NCBI RefSeq assembly: GCF_009914755.1
Contig: NC_060931.1
Strand: one strand, 5' to 3'
Source: the human T2T-CHM13v2.0 reference genome, Homo sapiens
DNA length: 64,000 nucleotides
The translations under genes were made by a program, and so were the position numbers. Under the pieces are notes generated by a model. The model saw only the letters and a program-made list of their open reading frames with translations, was not told the DNA's origin and searched no databases. Positions 30,439 through 44,760 of this stretch are shown here, piece by piece; position 1 is the first letter of the stretch, and each line of letters opens with the position of its first letter.

Positions 30439-30961
30439 ATGAGAGATAGATTGATGAATGGATAAATGAAATGTAAAGCCAGCAAAATTATAGATGCTGG
30501 GAGCTGAGTATGTGAATGTTCACTTTGTAAGCCTTTCCAATTTTCTGTATGTTTGGAAATTGCCATGATAAAATAGTAGGAAACAGATCATGCAGATGAA
30601 CTTTTTTAGGATTGCTCCTGAAAACTAAAAGTTGAAATGAAAACAGCAAGAGAAATATTGAATATAGCTGTCTAATTTAAATAGAAGTCTTTCATGTTCT
30701 GCTTGCTATTCGGTTTAAATCAACATCGTGTGATTTAACAAGGGAATTTTATATTTAACATACAAAGGAATGATTTTCTTACCTAAAAGGACACCATTCT
30801 CAAAATGAAGGGCATGGAAACCAATGTAGAAGTGTGTTGGCCAGGGAATGAACAAGCCTGGTATGTGGCTGCCTGCTCACAGACTTACATCGTGCCGATG
30901 AGCAAATGGCATACGCTCTTCCTCAATACATAACGGGCAAAAGTCATGGTGTTTTAATCTC

Positions 30962-31140
30962 GAGGGCTTGAAGTCAGGAGCATCTAAGTTTGAACTGGGC
31001 TCACCCCCTCTTTAGCTTTGTTTCTCTGTAAATATTATTGAAACTTTCTGAGTATTGGTTTCGTCATTTACCAAATGAGCAAATTATTGGCATGTACCCT
31101 TAAGAGGCCTTCTGAGGAATAACAAAGTAACGTGGGTATT
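30962..31140 (+). mobile_element. MIR SINE
   Basis: GGCTTGAAGTCAG...CTTTCTGAGTATTGGTTTCGTCATTTACCAAATGAG core-like. Confidence 0.6.
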
Positions 31141-31152
31141 AACAACTACTAT

Positions 31153-31192
31153 CACACAAACACACACACACACCCACACACACACACATACA
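31153..31192. repeat. Imperfect (CA)n microsatellite
   Basis: Direct read. Confidence 0.85.
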
Positions 31193-31523
31193 AAACTGAA
31201 GAAGAAAACAGAAAAGAAGAAAATAAATTTGACAGAATTTAAAGAAAAGTACATTTGAGCCAGAGTTGTAATGATAAAATAAGGAGCTGGAAAGAAAGTA
31301 TCAAACTACAGAACTTCTAATAAATTGCAATTACTTTGTTGCATTTTTTCCCTTTTTTGCACTACATGGGTTGCAGAAGTCCCTCCCTCGCCATACCCTG
31401 CCCCCCTACCCACCCTGTAGAGGTAACGGCAATGATTACGCTTAAACAAAAGTTTGAATGAAAAGCCACATTATGGAATTTTTTTTCACTTTCCCTGTAA
31501 ATCTTCTCTCAACCTTGTCATAA

Positions 31524-31938
<415 letters not shown>

Positions 31939-33179
31939 TCTGGCATATATCTTAGATCTTGCTGGGCTAAGGATAAGAGACAAAGGAGATTATGCTCAAA
32001 TATTCAGAGTATTTTTTGCCAATCTACTGCTTTAAAAAAAAATACATGCACAGCATACTTAAGTCAATAAATCATCTCTTTGCTTACATTGGCAGTGCTG
32101 AAAATTGTTCAGGTAGCTCAGAAATCATTTCTAGAACTTTCAGCAGAACAATGCTCTGTCAAGTGAAGATGGGAATGTCTTTCTCTTAATTCTAAGGTCA
32201 ATGACCTCTAAGAAATCCTAGTGGTTTTCACTGGACTAGAATTCACAGACTCTTTCAATTTGAGTGCTATCTATTTCAATTATGCCATTATTCCTGGGCA
32301 AGGAGGATGATCATGTGCAGGGGCACTGGACCAGGGTAGGAATAAAAATATCCTGATCCCAGGGAAATTATGGATGCTGTATATGTTACGGTCCCAGGGA
32401 AATACATGTATGGTAAGAGCCACAAAACCCACAAGAGATTGCTCTAACAATGGATCTCAACTCTGCCTGAAATTCCATGTTCTATTTTAAATCTTTGGAA
32501 TAAAATTTCCTGCCATATACTTCTCAATGAGAGGAAAAGTTAAAGGGAAAAAACAAATGAAGAGTAAAGCTGAAGCAAAACAACTTTCACAGTATGAGTG
32601 ATTCTTAAAGTTATTTTCCTTTAACTCAGAGAAACATCTTTTTAAAACTTTTTAAATGCTTTATTTGGGGGGAATAAAATTATTTATGGTGCTTGGGAGT
32701 AGAAGGTCACCATGCCTTATTTTTGTTGGGCTTCTATGCTTGAAAGATTTTGCCTAATTGTGGTTGGGCAAGAAAACTTCAAGTGAAAAGCGCATTTTAT
32801 ATTTTATTTAATTAAATACGATCAAAGGTGCCCTCAGAGCACTTGAATGAGCATTTTCCTAGTTATATGGCACAGTCTATATAAGAATATAGCCATTGGC
32901 TCAATGTCCTTGTTATTGATTCAATAGTTCCTTCTGCTATGGACGACCAAAATTTTCCATTCTTTGAAACCTCATGTTTTACTACACAGATGAAATACAC
33001 CTGTTTCTGATATACAACCACTTTTCATTCTTAACTGTGAAAAATTCATGAAATGTAAAAAAAATCTGCATTTCCCATTCTGGAGTTAAATATAATTTGG
33101 AACTTCGCACTGTCAATTAGAAGAAAAAAATAGGGGACACCTACTCCATGCAAGGCAGCCTCCATGGAGTCCAAGAAAT

Positions 33180-34430
33180 CTGAAAATGTTTATTGAACAG
33201 CCACTTTGGGTCAGGCCCTCTTGCAGACTATAAAAGGTAAGCTATACAAACAAACAAAAAGAGTAACAAGCAGGGAAGGAAGACAGAGTGCTGGAGGTAG
33301 GTTGACTTTTAAATAGGATGATCAGGAATATGCTATTTGGGAAAATAAAATGATAGTAGGGAAATTCTAAGAAAGATTGAAGGAAGGAAGGGTGTAAGCA
33401 ATGTAGGTCTTTTGGAGGAGACTGCCCCCCACAGAGGGAGCCATCAAGGCCTTCAGGTGGGAAGTCCTGGACACTTTCGAAAATACAGAAGGCTAGTGAT
33501 GCTGTATGTGAATGTCTGGCGTGTGAAGTGGTAAGAGACAAGTTTGTAGGAATAACAGGGAAAATTATACATGGCCCGTAAGCCATTAGAAAAACTTTGT
33601 TTTTTTACCGTGGTGAGATGGGAGCTTTTGGAGAGCCTGAATAAGGGGAAACAGTATCTAATTTCTGTTTTATTAGTAAAATAACAATGCCAAAAACAGT
33701 ATGGTTGCTTTGTTGCATATATACAGTAGAGTGTGAGTATACAAACAGAGAAACCACTTAGTAAGCCATTGAGTATACCCCAGGTAAGAGATTATTATGA
33801 CTGCTGGAACCAGGTGATGATGTGAAATGGAGAAAAGTTGTCTGCTTCTGGGTATACTTTGAAGGTAGAACCAGCAGAACTTGTTGAAAGAGTGGATGTA
33901 CCATATTAGAGAAAAACGAATTAATGGTGATTCTAAGATACTGGTTGCCATTTACTAAAGGTAAATAAAAAGGCACCTACATTGACTAAGGAAGTAAAAT
34001 AAATTTTGTAGTGGGGGTGGGGGGTTGGAATTGGGATTTCCATTTTGACACATTTCAATTGAGGTGCCAAGTAAAGATACAAGCAAAGATGATGTGGCAT
34101 GCAGGTAGATATATCCATCTGGAGTTCAGGGGTGAGGTTCAGGATAGAGATATACATTTGGTAGTCTTCAGTATATAGACGGTATCTAAAGTCATAAAAT
34201 TCATTGAGATCACTTAGGGAGGGAGTGGATATTGATCAAGTCCAAAAACCAAGCCTTACCACATGGTTAAGAGTCCAGATTAAGGAGCCAAAACCAAAGG
34301 GGGAAAAAAAGACAAAAAACAGAGGCAGGGGACTAGAGATGAGAGACCAAAAAGAAATTGCCATGTAGGAGCCTAGGGGAAGCAGATGGGGGTGGAAGTT
34401 AGGAAAGTATCATGTCCTGGGTGCCAAGAA
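33180..34430 (-). mobile_element. L2 (L2a-like) remnant
   Basis: AATGTTTATTGAACA..., TTTGAAGGTAGAACCAGCAGAACTTG, TCTGGAGTTCAGGGGTGAGG, GAGATCACTTAGGGAG. Confidence 0.82.
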
Positions 34431-35739
34431 AAAATAGTGAAATAAAATGAAGATTATACTTTGTAATTATGTAGAAACAAGTAAAGAAAATAAGATGATA
34501 TAAAACAATATTTAAAATGTAGTATAGTAAGTGGTAAGTGCAACAAAAAACCCTTAGTAGAAGTGCTCCAGTTGTACAAGGGAGGAACTTCATGCCACTC
34601 AGTTCAGGAGATGGCTGCTTGAAGTAGGTAGTATTAAAGCCCAATGTTGAGAGATGGATGGAAAAGTGAAAGGTAGAAGGAAAGGAAAAAAGGGCAGTTA
34701 ATTAAGAGTGACATTTTGCAAGAATAGAGCAGTGAAAACACAAGATATATTTGGGGAACAGTGAGGAGTACGAGTTAGCCTGAGTATACAGGAGTTAGAG
34801 CCTAAGCCTACTTTCTGCACACCTCTAAGGCAGGTGTCCTGGGGCCAAAAGGTGTTCAGACTTCGTTACTGTTGTAGTCTTTTCTGAAAACAAATCTTTA
34901 GCAACAATGGGTATAAGAATTAACACAATATTGAAATGCTTTTTTCAATCCTTTTTCCCGTAATTTAACTCTTAGCTACCAAAGCTTGTATTTTCATCTG
35001 CAAGTATAGTAAGAACTATACAGAACATCTATCTCTATCCATTAGCATCTTTTGAGTTCTTGTTCTGTGTAAATTATGGTAGGAAGAAAAAAGGACTTAC
35101 AAAAATATGCAAAAACATTCACTGTGGTGCAAGTCCCTATCGTGTTCCAATTCTGGAGGTGGGGGGAGGAGGCAGAGACAGGGGAAATATTAATAAGATA
35201 AAGCTCACTCTTTGGACAGCTGTACAAATTTATTAGTTAGGACAGTCTGCCTTAACAATTAGAAAATAGAAACTCCATGCTGAAGATTTGGAATTTGGCA
35301 CAGCATAATCTGACCTATGCTCCAGCCCCATGGAGACAGGGAAAACTGTCTTGCCTATAAACATACACACAAAATTCCTTAGGAATAACAGTTATCATCT
35401 CTGAGGTCTGATCAACTCATGGCATTGAAGAGAGGAAGGAGATAAAAAGAGAAGCAAGGAATCACCAGAGTTTGTGGGGTTTTTCCCCAGTAATAGACAG
35501 GAAATATCTTAATAGATTCCATTCCTCAAAATATGAACATGGTAAATTTTCTTACAGATTTTTAAATGTGACTTAATTTTATGGCCAATTTTATTGGTTA
35601 TTTCCCCCATCTTTGGGTTTCCAATGACATAGTGAAGTAAACTGAGTCACAAGACCTGTCTCCAGTCCAAACACAGACATCAATTTAGCCCCTTAACTTC
35701 GTTATACCTCATGGCTCTTATATGCAAAATTAGGAAGAT

Positions 35740-35965
35740 ATAAGCATGGAACAGAGTGGAAAAGATTCAACATTTTAGAGTCATACAAACTTAGTAACTA
35801 TATGACATTGGGCAAGCTACTGAATCCCTGTGAATTTCAGTTGTTAAACTGCAAATTAGAGAGAATAACAGCTCTCACACAATGTTGTTATGAGGATTGA
35901 AAGAAAACATGTATGGAAAATTTCTGGCACACAGTAGACCCTCAATAAATGTTGATTTCCTTCCT
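35740..35965 (+). mobile_element. MIR (MIRb-like)
   Basis: TGACATTGGGCAAGCTACT, GTTGTTATGAGGATT, CTGGCACACAGTAGACCCTCAATAAATGTT. Confidence 0.82.
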
Positions 35966-37832
35966 TCTTTTAACTTGGGTATTTCAGTTCCAATATCACA
36001 TCAAGCCTTTGGCTCCTTAATTTGGGTAAAAACCACTTGGGAAAGAAATTATCTAGTTTTACCACTATTGGCTGTTTTGTAACTTTTTTTTTTTAAATTG
36101 GCATCAAGTCTGTTTTAGAGCATAAGATAGCCTGTATCTTCTTTAGGGTAAAAATACAAACTGGAAGAGTGCTTTTACCTTATGAGCAGTGAGGAGAAAA
36201 CTGGTATTTCCCTTGAGAAAAAATTTAAGATTATCTGGGAGAAAAAAAAAAAAAAAAAGGAAGGACAGGAGGAAGGAAGTTAGTTACGCAGTTAAAAGGT
36301 CTATAAATTTAAAAGGAACAAAGTAGGAGAAGGTATTTGCTGTGTTGCCCTCCTGTTAAGATGGGTTAGGTATTATGCATAGAATGACAGCCGTCTTTCT
36401 CTCTCCCAAAATGAACAAATATATATATTTTTCTATGAGACTGAATGAGTTTTTGGCAGGAATGTCAGTTCAGTAAATGATTTTGTGCTCTTTGTAAGAG
36501 GAAATGTGTACTTTACAACTTTGACCTTTCTATATTTTTCATATTTTGCCTGGATACGTATTACAACCATTCCTTTCAGTTAGCAATTAAAATGTAATTT
36601 GCAGCTGCCTTTATAAAACTCTCCCACAAATGAAAATTGTAAAGTCCTCTTGTTTGATCTCATATGATTGATATTATTCAGTGTCATACAATTCAGTATT
36701 TGAAACACATAAAATGCCCCAAATATGAAGAAAATGCAATAAAAAGTCACTGGCCATTGGCACCATTGTTTTAATTTGTCACACAGTATAAAACACAAAT
36801 TAAGAAAAAAGGAAAGGAAGAAGTAGTAGTAATTTACACCTGTCTAGAAAGTTTGGCACTGCATCCCCAAGTATAGGGAACCATTTACAGGGGAAACAAC
36901 ATAACCAGAGACGATGTAAGTATAGAAGATGAGATCATCTACCAACAGCAATCTTTCAAATTCATAGACACTTCTGGATTCATGAGCTGAGAATGAGCCA
37001 TGCAGAGGACTGTAAAATTCATTTGCAGTGTTTGAATTTGTTAACACACATTCTCAAGCTGTCTTTGTTACGAGATAGCGCTCATGTTGTAAGTGAAAAA
37101 ATAATCAGTATAGAAAACACCTCAGTTAATTGAAATCATGACAGTCTTAAACATCAGAAAGACAAAGGACAAAATGGAGCTCTGAAGTGCTATTTGAAGT
37201 GGAAAAGTAAGTCAATTTAGCAGAAACTTACAATCATATTTTCCCCAAAATATTTACCTGCTGTTCTTTTAAAAGACTCATTTGAATGAATTAATTAATT
37301 CCAATTCATTTTAATGCATTTGTCTTCTATTGGGCATAATTACATTTTTCTTTTTTTCTAAGCTTCAAGACAGAATTAAATTTCTCAAGAATTTAATAAA
37401 CACAAAAGAAAAATAATTTATAGACTTTTGAAATTATCCATACCTCTCTTCTTACTTTCCTCCTATAAAATCCAACATAGATATTATTTCAGCTTCCAGA
37501 TCAGGAGAGGAAAGTGAAAAAATCTATCTTAGTAGTTTCTCTAGAAACAGGCAACTCAAAGTCAAAATCTAGGATTCAGATGATGAAAGGAGTAAGCTGT
37601 TTCAGAGTGAGACAGGAAAGAGTAACTGCTATCAATATTGCCTATTTGGGGCCTCGTATGTATTAGAAAACATTAAAATAATGTTAATAAGTAAAGTATC
37701 GCTTATACTTTAGGACCTGTATAGCCATTCTTGGGTTAAAGAAAATATACAGGAAAAATGATAGACATTATTACATTACGGGGAAGGTCACAAAAACCTG
37801 AAAGGATACATAAGGACCTCAGCTGTATAGAC

Positions 37833-37994
37833 CAGGGCTTTTCAAACTTTAAAATGCACACAAATCACCTAAGATCTCATTAAAATACACATTCCCAGTC
37901 AGCAGGTGTGGGATGGCACCCCAGATTCTACACTTCTAACTCCCCAGGCAATGCTGATGCTGCTGGCCTGCAGACTGCATTTTAAGAAGCAAAG
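37833..37994. mobile_element. MER5-family hAT DNA transposon
   Basis: CAGGGCTTTTCAAACTT...AATCACCT...TTCTAACTCCCCAGGCAATGCTGATGCTGCTGG. Confidence 0.8.
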
Positions 37995-38194
37995 CCCCAG
38001 GTCATGACAAAGGAGACAAGATTTATCCTAGAAATTGCATCCAGGGAAGTCTGAATATCCAATGATCTTTCTCACCAATTATTTTCCTTTCAATGGAACT
38101 CACTAAAAAACATTAAAAAAAAAAAAACTCTAAAAAACTCCTTCTGCCTCTCCCATTCTTTTCCTTTCAAAGGAACTCACTCTAAAACATATAA

Positions 38195-38440
38195 AAGTAG
38201 CTAACATTTTAAAACAATCACAGCATGACATTTTACTAAGGTGAACAAATTATTTAATCTAACTCTCAAACAGCCTGTGAAGTAAATAGTTTTATTATCC
38301 CCACTTGACAGAAAGAGGAACTTCAGCTTAGAGAATTTAGTTAATGGTGTCAAGGCCACATATACAGGATTTAGAAGCAGAATTCTGAATCAGACACATC
38401 TGACCCCAGAACCTAAATATCTTAGTCAATGTGACTACAA
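38195..38440 (-). mobile_element. MIR SINE
   Basis: TTATTATCCCCACTTGACAGAAAGAGGAACTTCAGCTTAGAGA...CAAGGCCACA. Confidence 0.78.
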
Positions 38441-40382
38441 TTATCAAGGCATTCTTGAATGAGTTCTTTGCTCAGTTGCAAACAAAGAACTAGATACAAA
38501 AGGTACTGTAAGGGATATAGTTATGTAAGAACTTTAGAAGACACCACTATCATTGCTAGCTTCTAAAATGGGAGTCCCCTGGAAATAACTGCTCTTAACA
38601 TTAGAGATTGTAAATGCATGATGAATAGGAACCTCAATGCAGTAAATAATCAATTGCAAGAACCAGAATGAATAAAAGATGTGGATAAAGTACTTGATGG
38701 ATTCACCTCGTTAGACTAAAGAAAGCACATATAGGCTCTAGATAAGGATATACTAGAGGCTCCACAGACTTGAACATATGGGATAGCCCTTAAAGCTTCA
38801 TGTCGGAAAAAAATAGCTCTTAAACTTTAGAATCCCTAAAGGACCTTTACTATTGAAAGGTACACTATTAAATATTTTATGCATTCTGTTATTTTTAAAG
38901 GGTGTAATCCCTCCTAAGGTGTGTTGGCCGTAGGGTCTTTGAACCAGTCTAGCCCAGAATTAACTAGGAGTCATCATGTTCATTATAAGCCTGTTATAAT
39001 TATGTTTGCTTATTTCACACTGTTTAATATACTCCCTTCTGTTAAACTTCATCACAATGCCTTCAGCACCTGTTGCTTCTTTCTGCCAGGCTGAAAATAT
39101 TCTTTTCTCTTTATTATTCATGTGTGAGGATAAGATGAACTTGCCAAGAGTTGTCATTCTTGAATGCACCTGCCAAGTGTCAGACTTTAATAGTTGAAAT
39201 GCTTATAGCATATGCTGTGGTTGCTGCAGCTACCAACTTCCAGTGTCCAGTATTTCATAAGGGATTGAATATATTCATGGTGACAGATTAATCTCTTGAT
39301 GTATATATATGTGACAATATGCCCACGGGTATATACCATGTTGTTTATATAACACATCCCCAGGTTTCCTTTGGCTAAAAATATATCTTGCAGAAATTTA
39401 CTACCTTACACCTTCAACTTTTTCAAATCAAGAATAAATCTCTTGGACTATAATTATAGATTTGTTGGTAGTTGCTCACATTAATGATGGCATTAAACCA
39501 TGTACTTAAAAAATAAAATTAGGTTTATGGCTACAAGTTTGAAATTTTCTTCCTGTTTTGATAAGTTCTTTAGTTTTGTTTCTAAAGATGCCTAATACTT
39601 TTTCCACTCTATTTTTAAAGGTCTTCCATCCGGATAGAAGTGAGTACTTCTAAGCTACATTATTCAGAAGTGAGCTCAGCTTAGATAAATAGACACGGTG
39701 AAACTATCTAACTGCTGGGGCCTGGCCAGTTGACCCTGGGAACATTAGCCCGTTATGTAAAAGACAGCAGCCAACATCCTCCAGTTAGGCTTTTCCTTAG
39801 ACAGAGATGAGGAACAGGACCTAATAAACAGCTGTTCATTCTTGAATCCTATGTAAAGTACCCACTATGGTAAAGATGGGAAGGGAAGCCATCTCTTTTC
39901 CATGATTTATTCAACTTTATCCTGCCAATATTTTTAGATCTTATCACTGAAGTGGAATGCAGAGAAAGACGGGTAGAGAAGGCTTTGTAGAATCCTGGCA
40001 TGTGGCTAATGCTAAGAAAGACAAGATTGGAGACGCGCTGTTGCTTTCATTGCTTTACCACATTCCCAAGGACGGGTGAAGGCCTCACAGTTTTGTTCAG
40101 CTCCTGGGCAGCGCATGTGCTTCAGTATATCTTCCTTCCCTTCCCACATGAGTATGTGTCATTGGCAGCACGTGAACCTCCCTTTCTTCACAGATATAAA
40201 AAAAAAATGCACCTATCTTGTTCTTGGAACTCATAGCGAAATGGATCTTGGCAGCAGTCCTATTTCAAGAGCACCCTGCCTCAAGCAATCTCAGAACCAA
40301 GGAGAGTTTTCCCCTCTGGAACAGCATAGCAAAATATTGTTAGGTCTTTCCCTCTGCTTCTTCCTTTTGTTTCAAGAACCTA

Positions 40383-40625
40383 GGCCGGGAGTGGTGGCTT
40401 GTGCCTGTAATCCCAGCAGTTTGGGAAGTCCAGGTGGGCAGATCACTTGAGGTCAGGAGTTCGAGACCAGCCTGGCCAACATGGTGAAACCCTGTCTCTA
40501 CTAAAAATACAAAAATTAGCCTGGCATGGTGGCACACACCTATAATCCCACGCACTCCAGCCTGGGTGACAAAGTGAGACTCTGTCTCAAAAAAAAAAAA
40601 AAAAAAAAAGGAAAGAAAGAAAAAT
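40383..40625 (+). mobile_element. AluSx/Sz-like with a right-arm internal deletion
   Basis: Left arm intact; TAATCCCA joined directly to CGCACTCCAG; long A-tail; TSD AAGAACCT at 40374-40381 and 40626-40633. Confidence 0.92.
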
Positions 40626-43099
40626 AAGAACCTTCGTAGTATAAGTATAGCACCAGCATGGGATCAGGGACTTTTCTCAGAGGAAGACTTTCCAATGACA
40701 TTATTTTTGCAGCTCCTGGAACAAGAAAGAGCTCTTTCTGCAGAGCCACAGTCAAGCTGGATTTTCCTCATCCTGAGTTACTTATGGTGCCTCGGTAACA
40801 AAACCTCTTTGGATAAGGATACGGTTCAGTCACAAGCAGGATTTTCTCAAAGCTGTTTGGCATACTTAGTTTCTAACTGATGCCACTGATGACATAAAAC
40901 AAGGACAGAGGTAAACTTGAAAACACAAAGCATTTTCTGGTATACTCAGAATAAGCTCATTTTACCCAGCTAAGAAACAGAGCAGCTGCATGTAAGTCCT
41001 CTTTGTTCCCATGGGCTGCAAGTCTATTACCTAGCTGGTAGCATGATTGGATAATTATCTAGAAAAACAACACAAGAAGAGGGCTGCTGGCCTTCAGCAT
41101 ACTCAGAAAAATACAAATGAGACAGAGTTGGACCTCTTTCCATTAGGGCCTAGGCCACTAATCAGAGAATTCCAAAGAGAATTCTGTGCACAGACACCAC
41201 TAAAATTTAAAAGGAGATTAGAGACCTATTTCCATCCAGAATAATTTGAAAGGCCTGACATGTACCATGAGATTGTTTGATGAACATTTCCAGAAGAACG
41301 AGATGTCTGTTTTGACTTTTGCAGTGTGAGTAACACATGTCGAAAAGCAGGACAGAAGGCTTATTTTTCTTCAGATAGCAGAAAACTTCTCTACTTGTTA
41401 AGAAAGTATGGCAGCCTGCTTTTGTCTTTCTTTTTCCTTTGTAATGTGAAAGTCCTCCCAGATAAACCTTTGTGGTATACAACTTGGTTGTGACATCCTG
41501 GCTTTATGCCTCTGACTGTTTATAAGTCATGCAAGGAAGTCATCTATCTTGACCAATCTGACTCAGACATATTTTCCATGTTAATTACACATGTTTGGAC
41601 TGACATTGTAGTGATACTATTTCATTTGTTTAAAACAACAGAAGGAATGGCTCTTTAACTCAACAAATGTAGGTAAAAATTCTTCCCAGGGTAAGTGTAA
41701 CAAGTCTGGAAATTATAAAGTCACAGGCACCGGTGGCTGAAACCCCAGAGACTAAGACGCTGATATTCTGCAAGGATCCCTTATTTAGATTAAAAGCATG
41801 TTGGAAAAGTACAACATCATTATCAAAAAAATTATAATTATAATAATATATGTGTTAGGCACTCCAACAAGATTGGCATCCTAAAAATAATCATCAGTTT
41901 AAAAGGAAGCAGAGGCATTTTTTACTTTGACCCAATGGAAATGTTCAAATTTGGCTGTGTTTTTGAGCAGGACCTCCACATTTTTTTACACTTACCAGAA
42001 CACCAGTAGTTAACCCCGTAATGGCCAACTGCTAGTTATTATTCTACATTTGGTCCACAGCTGCATGGTTGTACCGACTTTATTGTCGTTTCAGCCCTCA
42101 ACCCATTAGCTGCCTGGTGACCGCTTGCATGCAGAGGGGCCTTTGGTTAACTAAATCCCCATCAGGATCACAGCTGTTGTAAAATATGTGGTGACAAAAA
42201 TATCCATGTGCAATGCATTGTAGATAAATCTGTAAGCCAATTTAAGCAAAACTTGAAAAGCAAACAAGGGGACTAGTTGGATTCCCTGGCTTCTGAACAG
42301 TACAAACTACATTTCCTTTATTTTCAGGAATACTCATCATAAAATTCCTGTGTTCCCTGCTTCATGCATTGGTTGATGAGGGCTGAATTTCAAAGTGATA
42401 GGCGCAATTCAGCAAAACTATTCTTTTCTAACTTCCTTCACTCAGCAATAAGAAGATGAATGTCATACTAGATAATTCAAGCAAATTCCTCATTTTGGTG
42501 CAACTCTAAAGTCAACATTAGTATTTATTCAACTATATGTCTCAACTTAAACCTCAAATGTTTGTCTCAGTTTCTCCAGCCAACAGGCTTAGCTCTGTGC
42601 TATATATATACAACTGTATCACACCATCATTGTTTAAAGGTGCCAAAGCTGCCATGTCTGATGCACCTACCAGACTGCCCTAGAAGTATCCTATAGGTAA
42701 TTATGGTTGGAGTTAGAATGGCCACCCCATGTCTGGTTATGATACTGGGAGATTTTGCTTCTCACAATTTGAAAACATTTAAGAATGGGAAGCAAACAAA
42801 GAATTAAATGACCTATACCAAAAAGATAGGATGGAGAAATCCATTTTCTCTATTTTATCATTGAATGCCAGTCTTTTATCACTTTTTCAAGACCCCAAAT
42901 CAAGTGACAGATGTGATCTGAAACTTTCTTAGCTCTAACTAAATTTCAACCCATCAAGGGGAAGTTATTTCTGGTTCCAATATAAAATTTAGTTTTTATT
43001 TGCCGGTGCTCATTGATTGGAATCCTCACCCCAGATTCTGTTCTTTCCATTTAATTATTAAGAATGTTTCTTAAGTCAGTGACCTAGAGTTTTCTTTTT

Positions 43100-43545
43100 A
43101 GTTAATTAATTTAAACATGCATTAAGCACCTACTATGTGCCAGATACTAGAGATAAAATATTGAGTCACAGTCCCTGAATGCAAGGAACCTAAGGTTCAG
43201 AGGCATGTAATCTCCCAAGTGTAAAAAATGAAGATTTTTTTTTCCCCTTCCATTTGTCCTCCTTACATAGTGCTAAAAATGATGCAAATGAGAGGGAAAA
43301 GTGCCATTAGCTCCTTGTAGCTGTTTACCCAACTTGGTAAGGTAAAAGACAATTGCTAAGGTATGTATGTTAACTATGCATTAATGGCTTATTAACTCAT
43401 TTCTCAGTAATGTTTACTGAGGAAAAAATATTAATTATCAGGTAAATATCTGGAGCATAACCACTGTATTATGTGTGTGGCATCTAAAAATAATACCAGA
43501 CACAAGTTTTTATCTTCAAGGAATTTACAGTTAAGTTGGAGAAAA
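43100..43545 (-). mobile_element. Two short L2 3' fragments
   Basis: AAGCACCTACTATGTGCCAGATAC (43123-43146) and CTTCAAGGAATTTACAG (~43514). Confidence 0.6.
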
Positions 43546-43879
43546 CAAAATTTTAACAAATATTTTAAAGATAAAATAGGTTGCATTGCACTTTGTATGT
43601 GCATTTGTGTGTAATAATTGATTTTAAAAATGAGAATTGTTAGTTTTATAGATAGAAGAGAACTGCCCAGCTAACCTTCATTAGTTTAGATTCTCACTGT
43701 CTCACATCGTGTTGCTCTATCCCAATTAGGAAAGAGTAGCTATATGTCAAATAGGTGAAGGGTGGGGATCAATCAGAGGAAAGTGCGCCCCAGAAGAAGA
43801 CAAGTTCTCAATCTAGTCCAAAGATTTAACTTGTAGCATGGCTTTCAGGCTTTAAACTGTCTTCAGCTTGGAACAATGA

Positions 43880-44760
43880 TTAAACTTCCACTGATTTCTC
43901 ATCAGAAACAATGGAGCCCAGAATATAAGGACAGCCTCATTAAACTGTTGGAAGAAGAAGGAAGAGAAGTAGGAGGAAAAGTTTAAAGTTACAGTTGGAG
44001 ATATAGGATTTTACTCCTGAAACTACAGATGATACAAGAAAAAAAATGAAAATATAAATGAGTTTATCCTCACTTTTTTCTGAAACTTGATAAGAGTTTT
44101 AGAATCTGCCAGATATTATGTATCTAAAACAAGGGATAGACAAAGAGAGACTATACTTCATAAGAATCTAAAAGATGGCACACCTACATAGAAAGAATAA
44201 CGGAAAACAGTATTTCCTCAAGTTGTAAGTACAAAATTTGTATAGTTTTAGAAAATGTTATGTCTGTACTACCACCTGAAATTGACTTTTTAAATGTAAT
44301 ATATCAGCTTAGTATTTCACTTAAAAGTGAAGATATTGTACTATAAATTTGATAAATATTGGATAACATACATTTTATGAAATAATATCCAATCTTTAAT
44401 AAAAGGGAAATGTATGAAACCATTCATTCACAATATGGATAAATGATAGATAGATAATCAGTAGAATATCCAAGCACATTTAATAAAAATAAAAGTTAAA
44501 ATAACTTGGTATCATTATTCATGATCAGATTGTGACAGCTGAAGGGATAGTAAGAAAACAGGAAACAAGCATTTTAAAATAGCGTTGATGGGTCTAGAGA
44601 CACTAATTTCCTAAGCAGCAATTTCAAAATGTGAATCAAAACATTTAAATTTTCCTCACCCTTTACCAAGCACTTTATATAGTAATTATGGATGTATTTG
44701 AGGATTGAGCTGCAAATATGTTCATCCTCTGTTGTATGTATAATACAAATAAATGGCAGT
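43880..44760 (+). mobile_element. Ancient L1M remnants
   Basis: A-rich, diverged L1M-like segments (CTCATCAGAAACAATGGAGCCCAGAA; AGCAGCAATTTCAAAATG...CCCTTTACCAAG). Confidence 0.45.

Larger units (their letters stand above)
29135..30582 (+). mobile_element. L1ME-like 3' region interrupted by a TA-rich tract and a 61-bp insertion
   Basis: CATCAGGGAAATTAAAATTAAAACC, GAATGGATAAACAAACTG...CATACAATGGAATATTACTCAG, terminal TTTTCTGTATGTTTGGAAATT...ATAAAA. Confidence 0.82.

Noticed and set aside
43750-43872. Possible short LTR fragment (GGCTTTCAGGCTTTAAACTGTCTTCAGCTTGG)
   Set aside because: Too short to assign without a Dfam search
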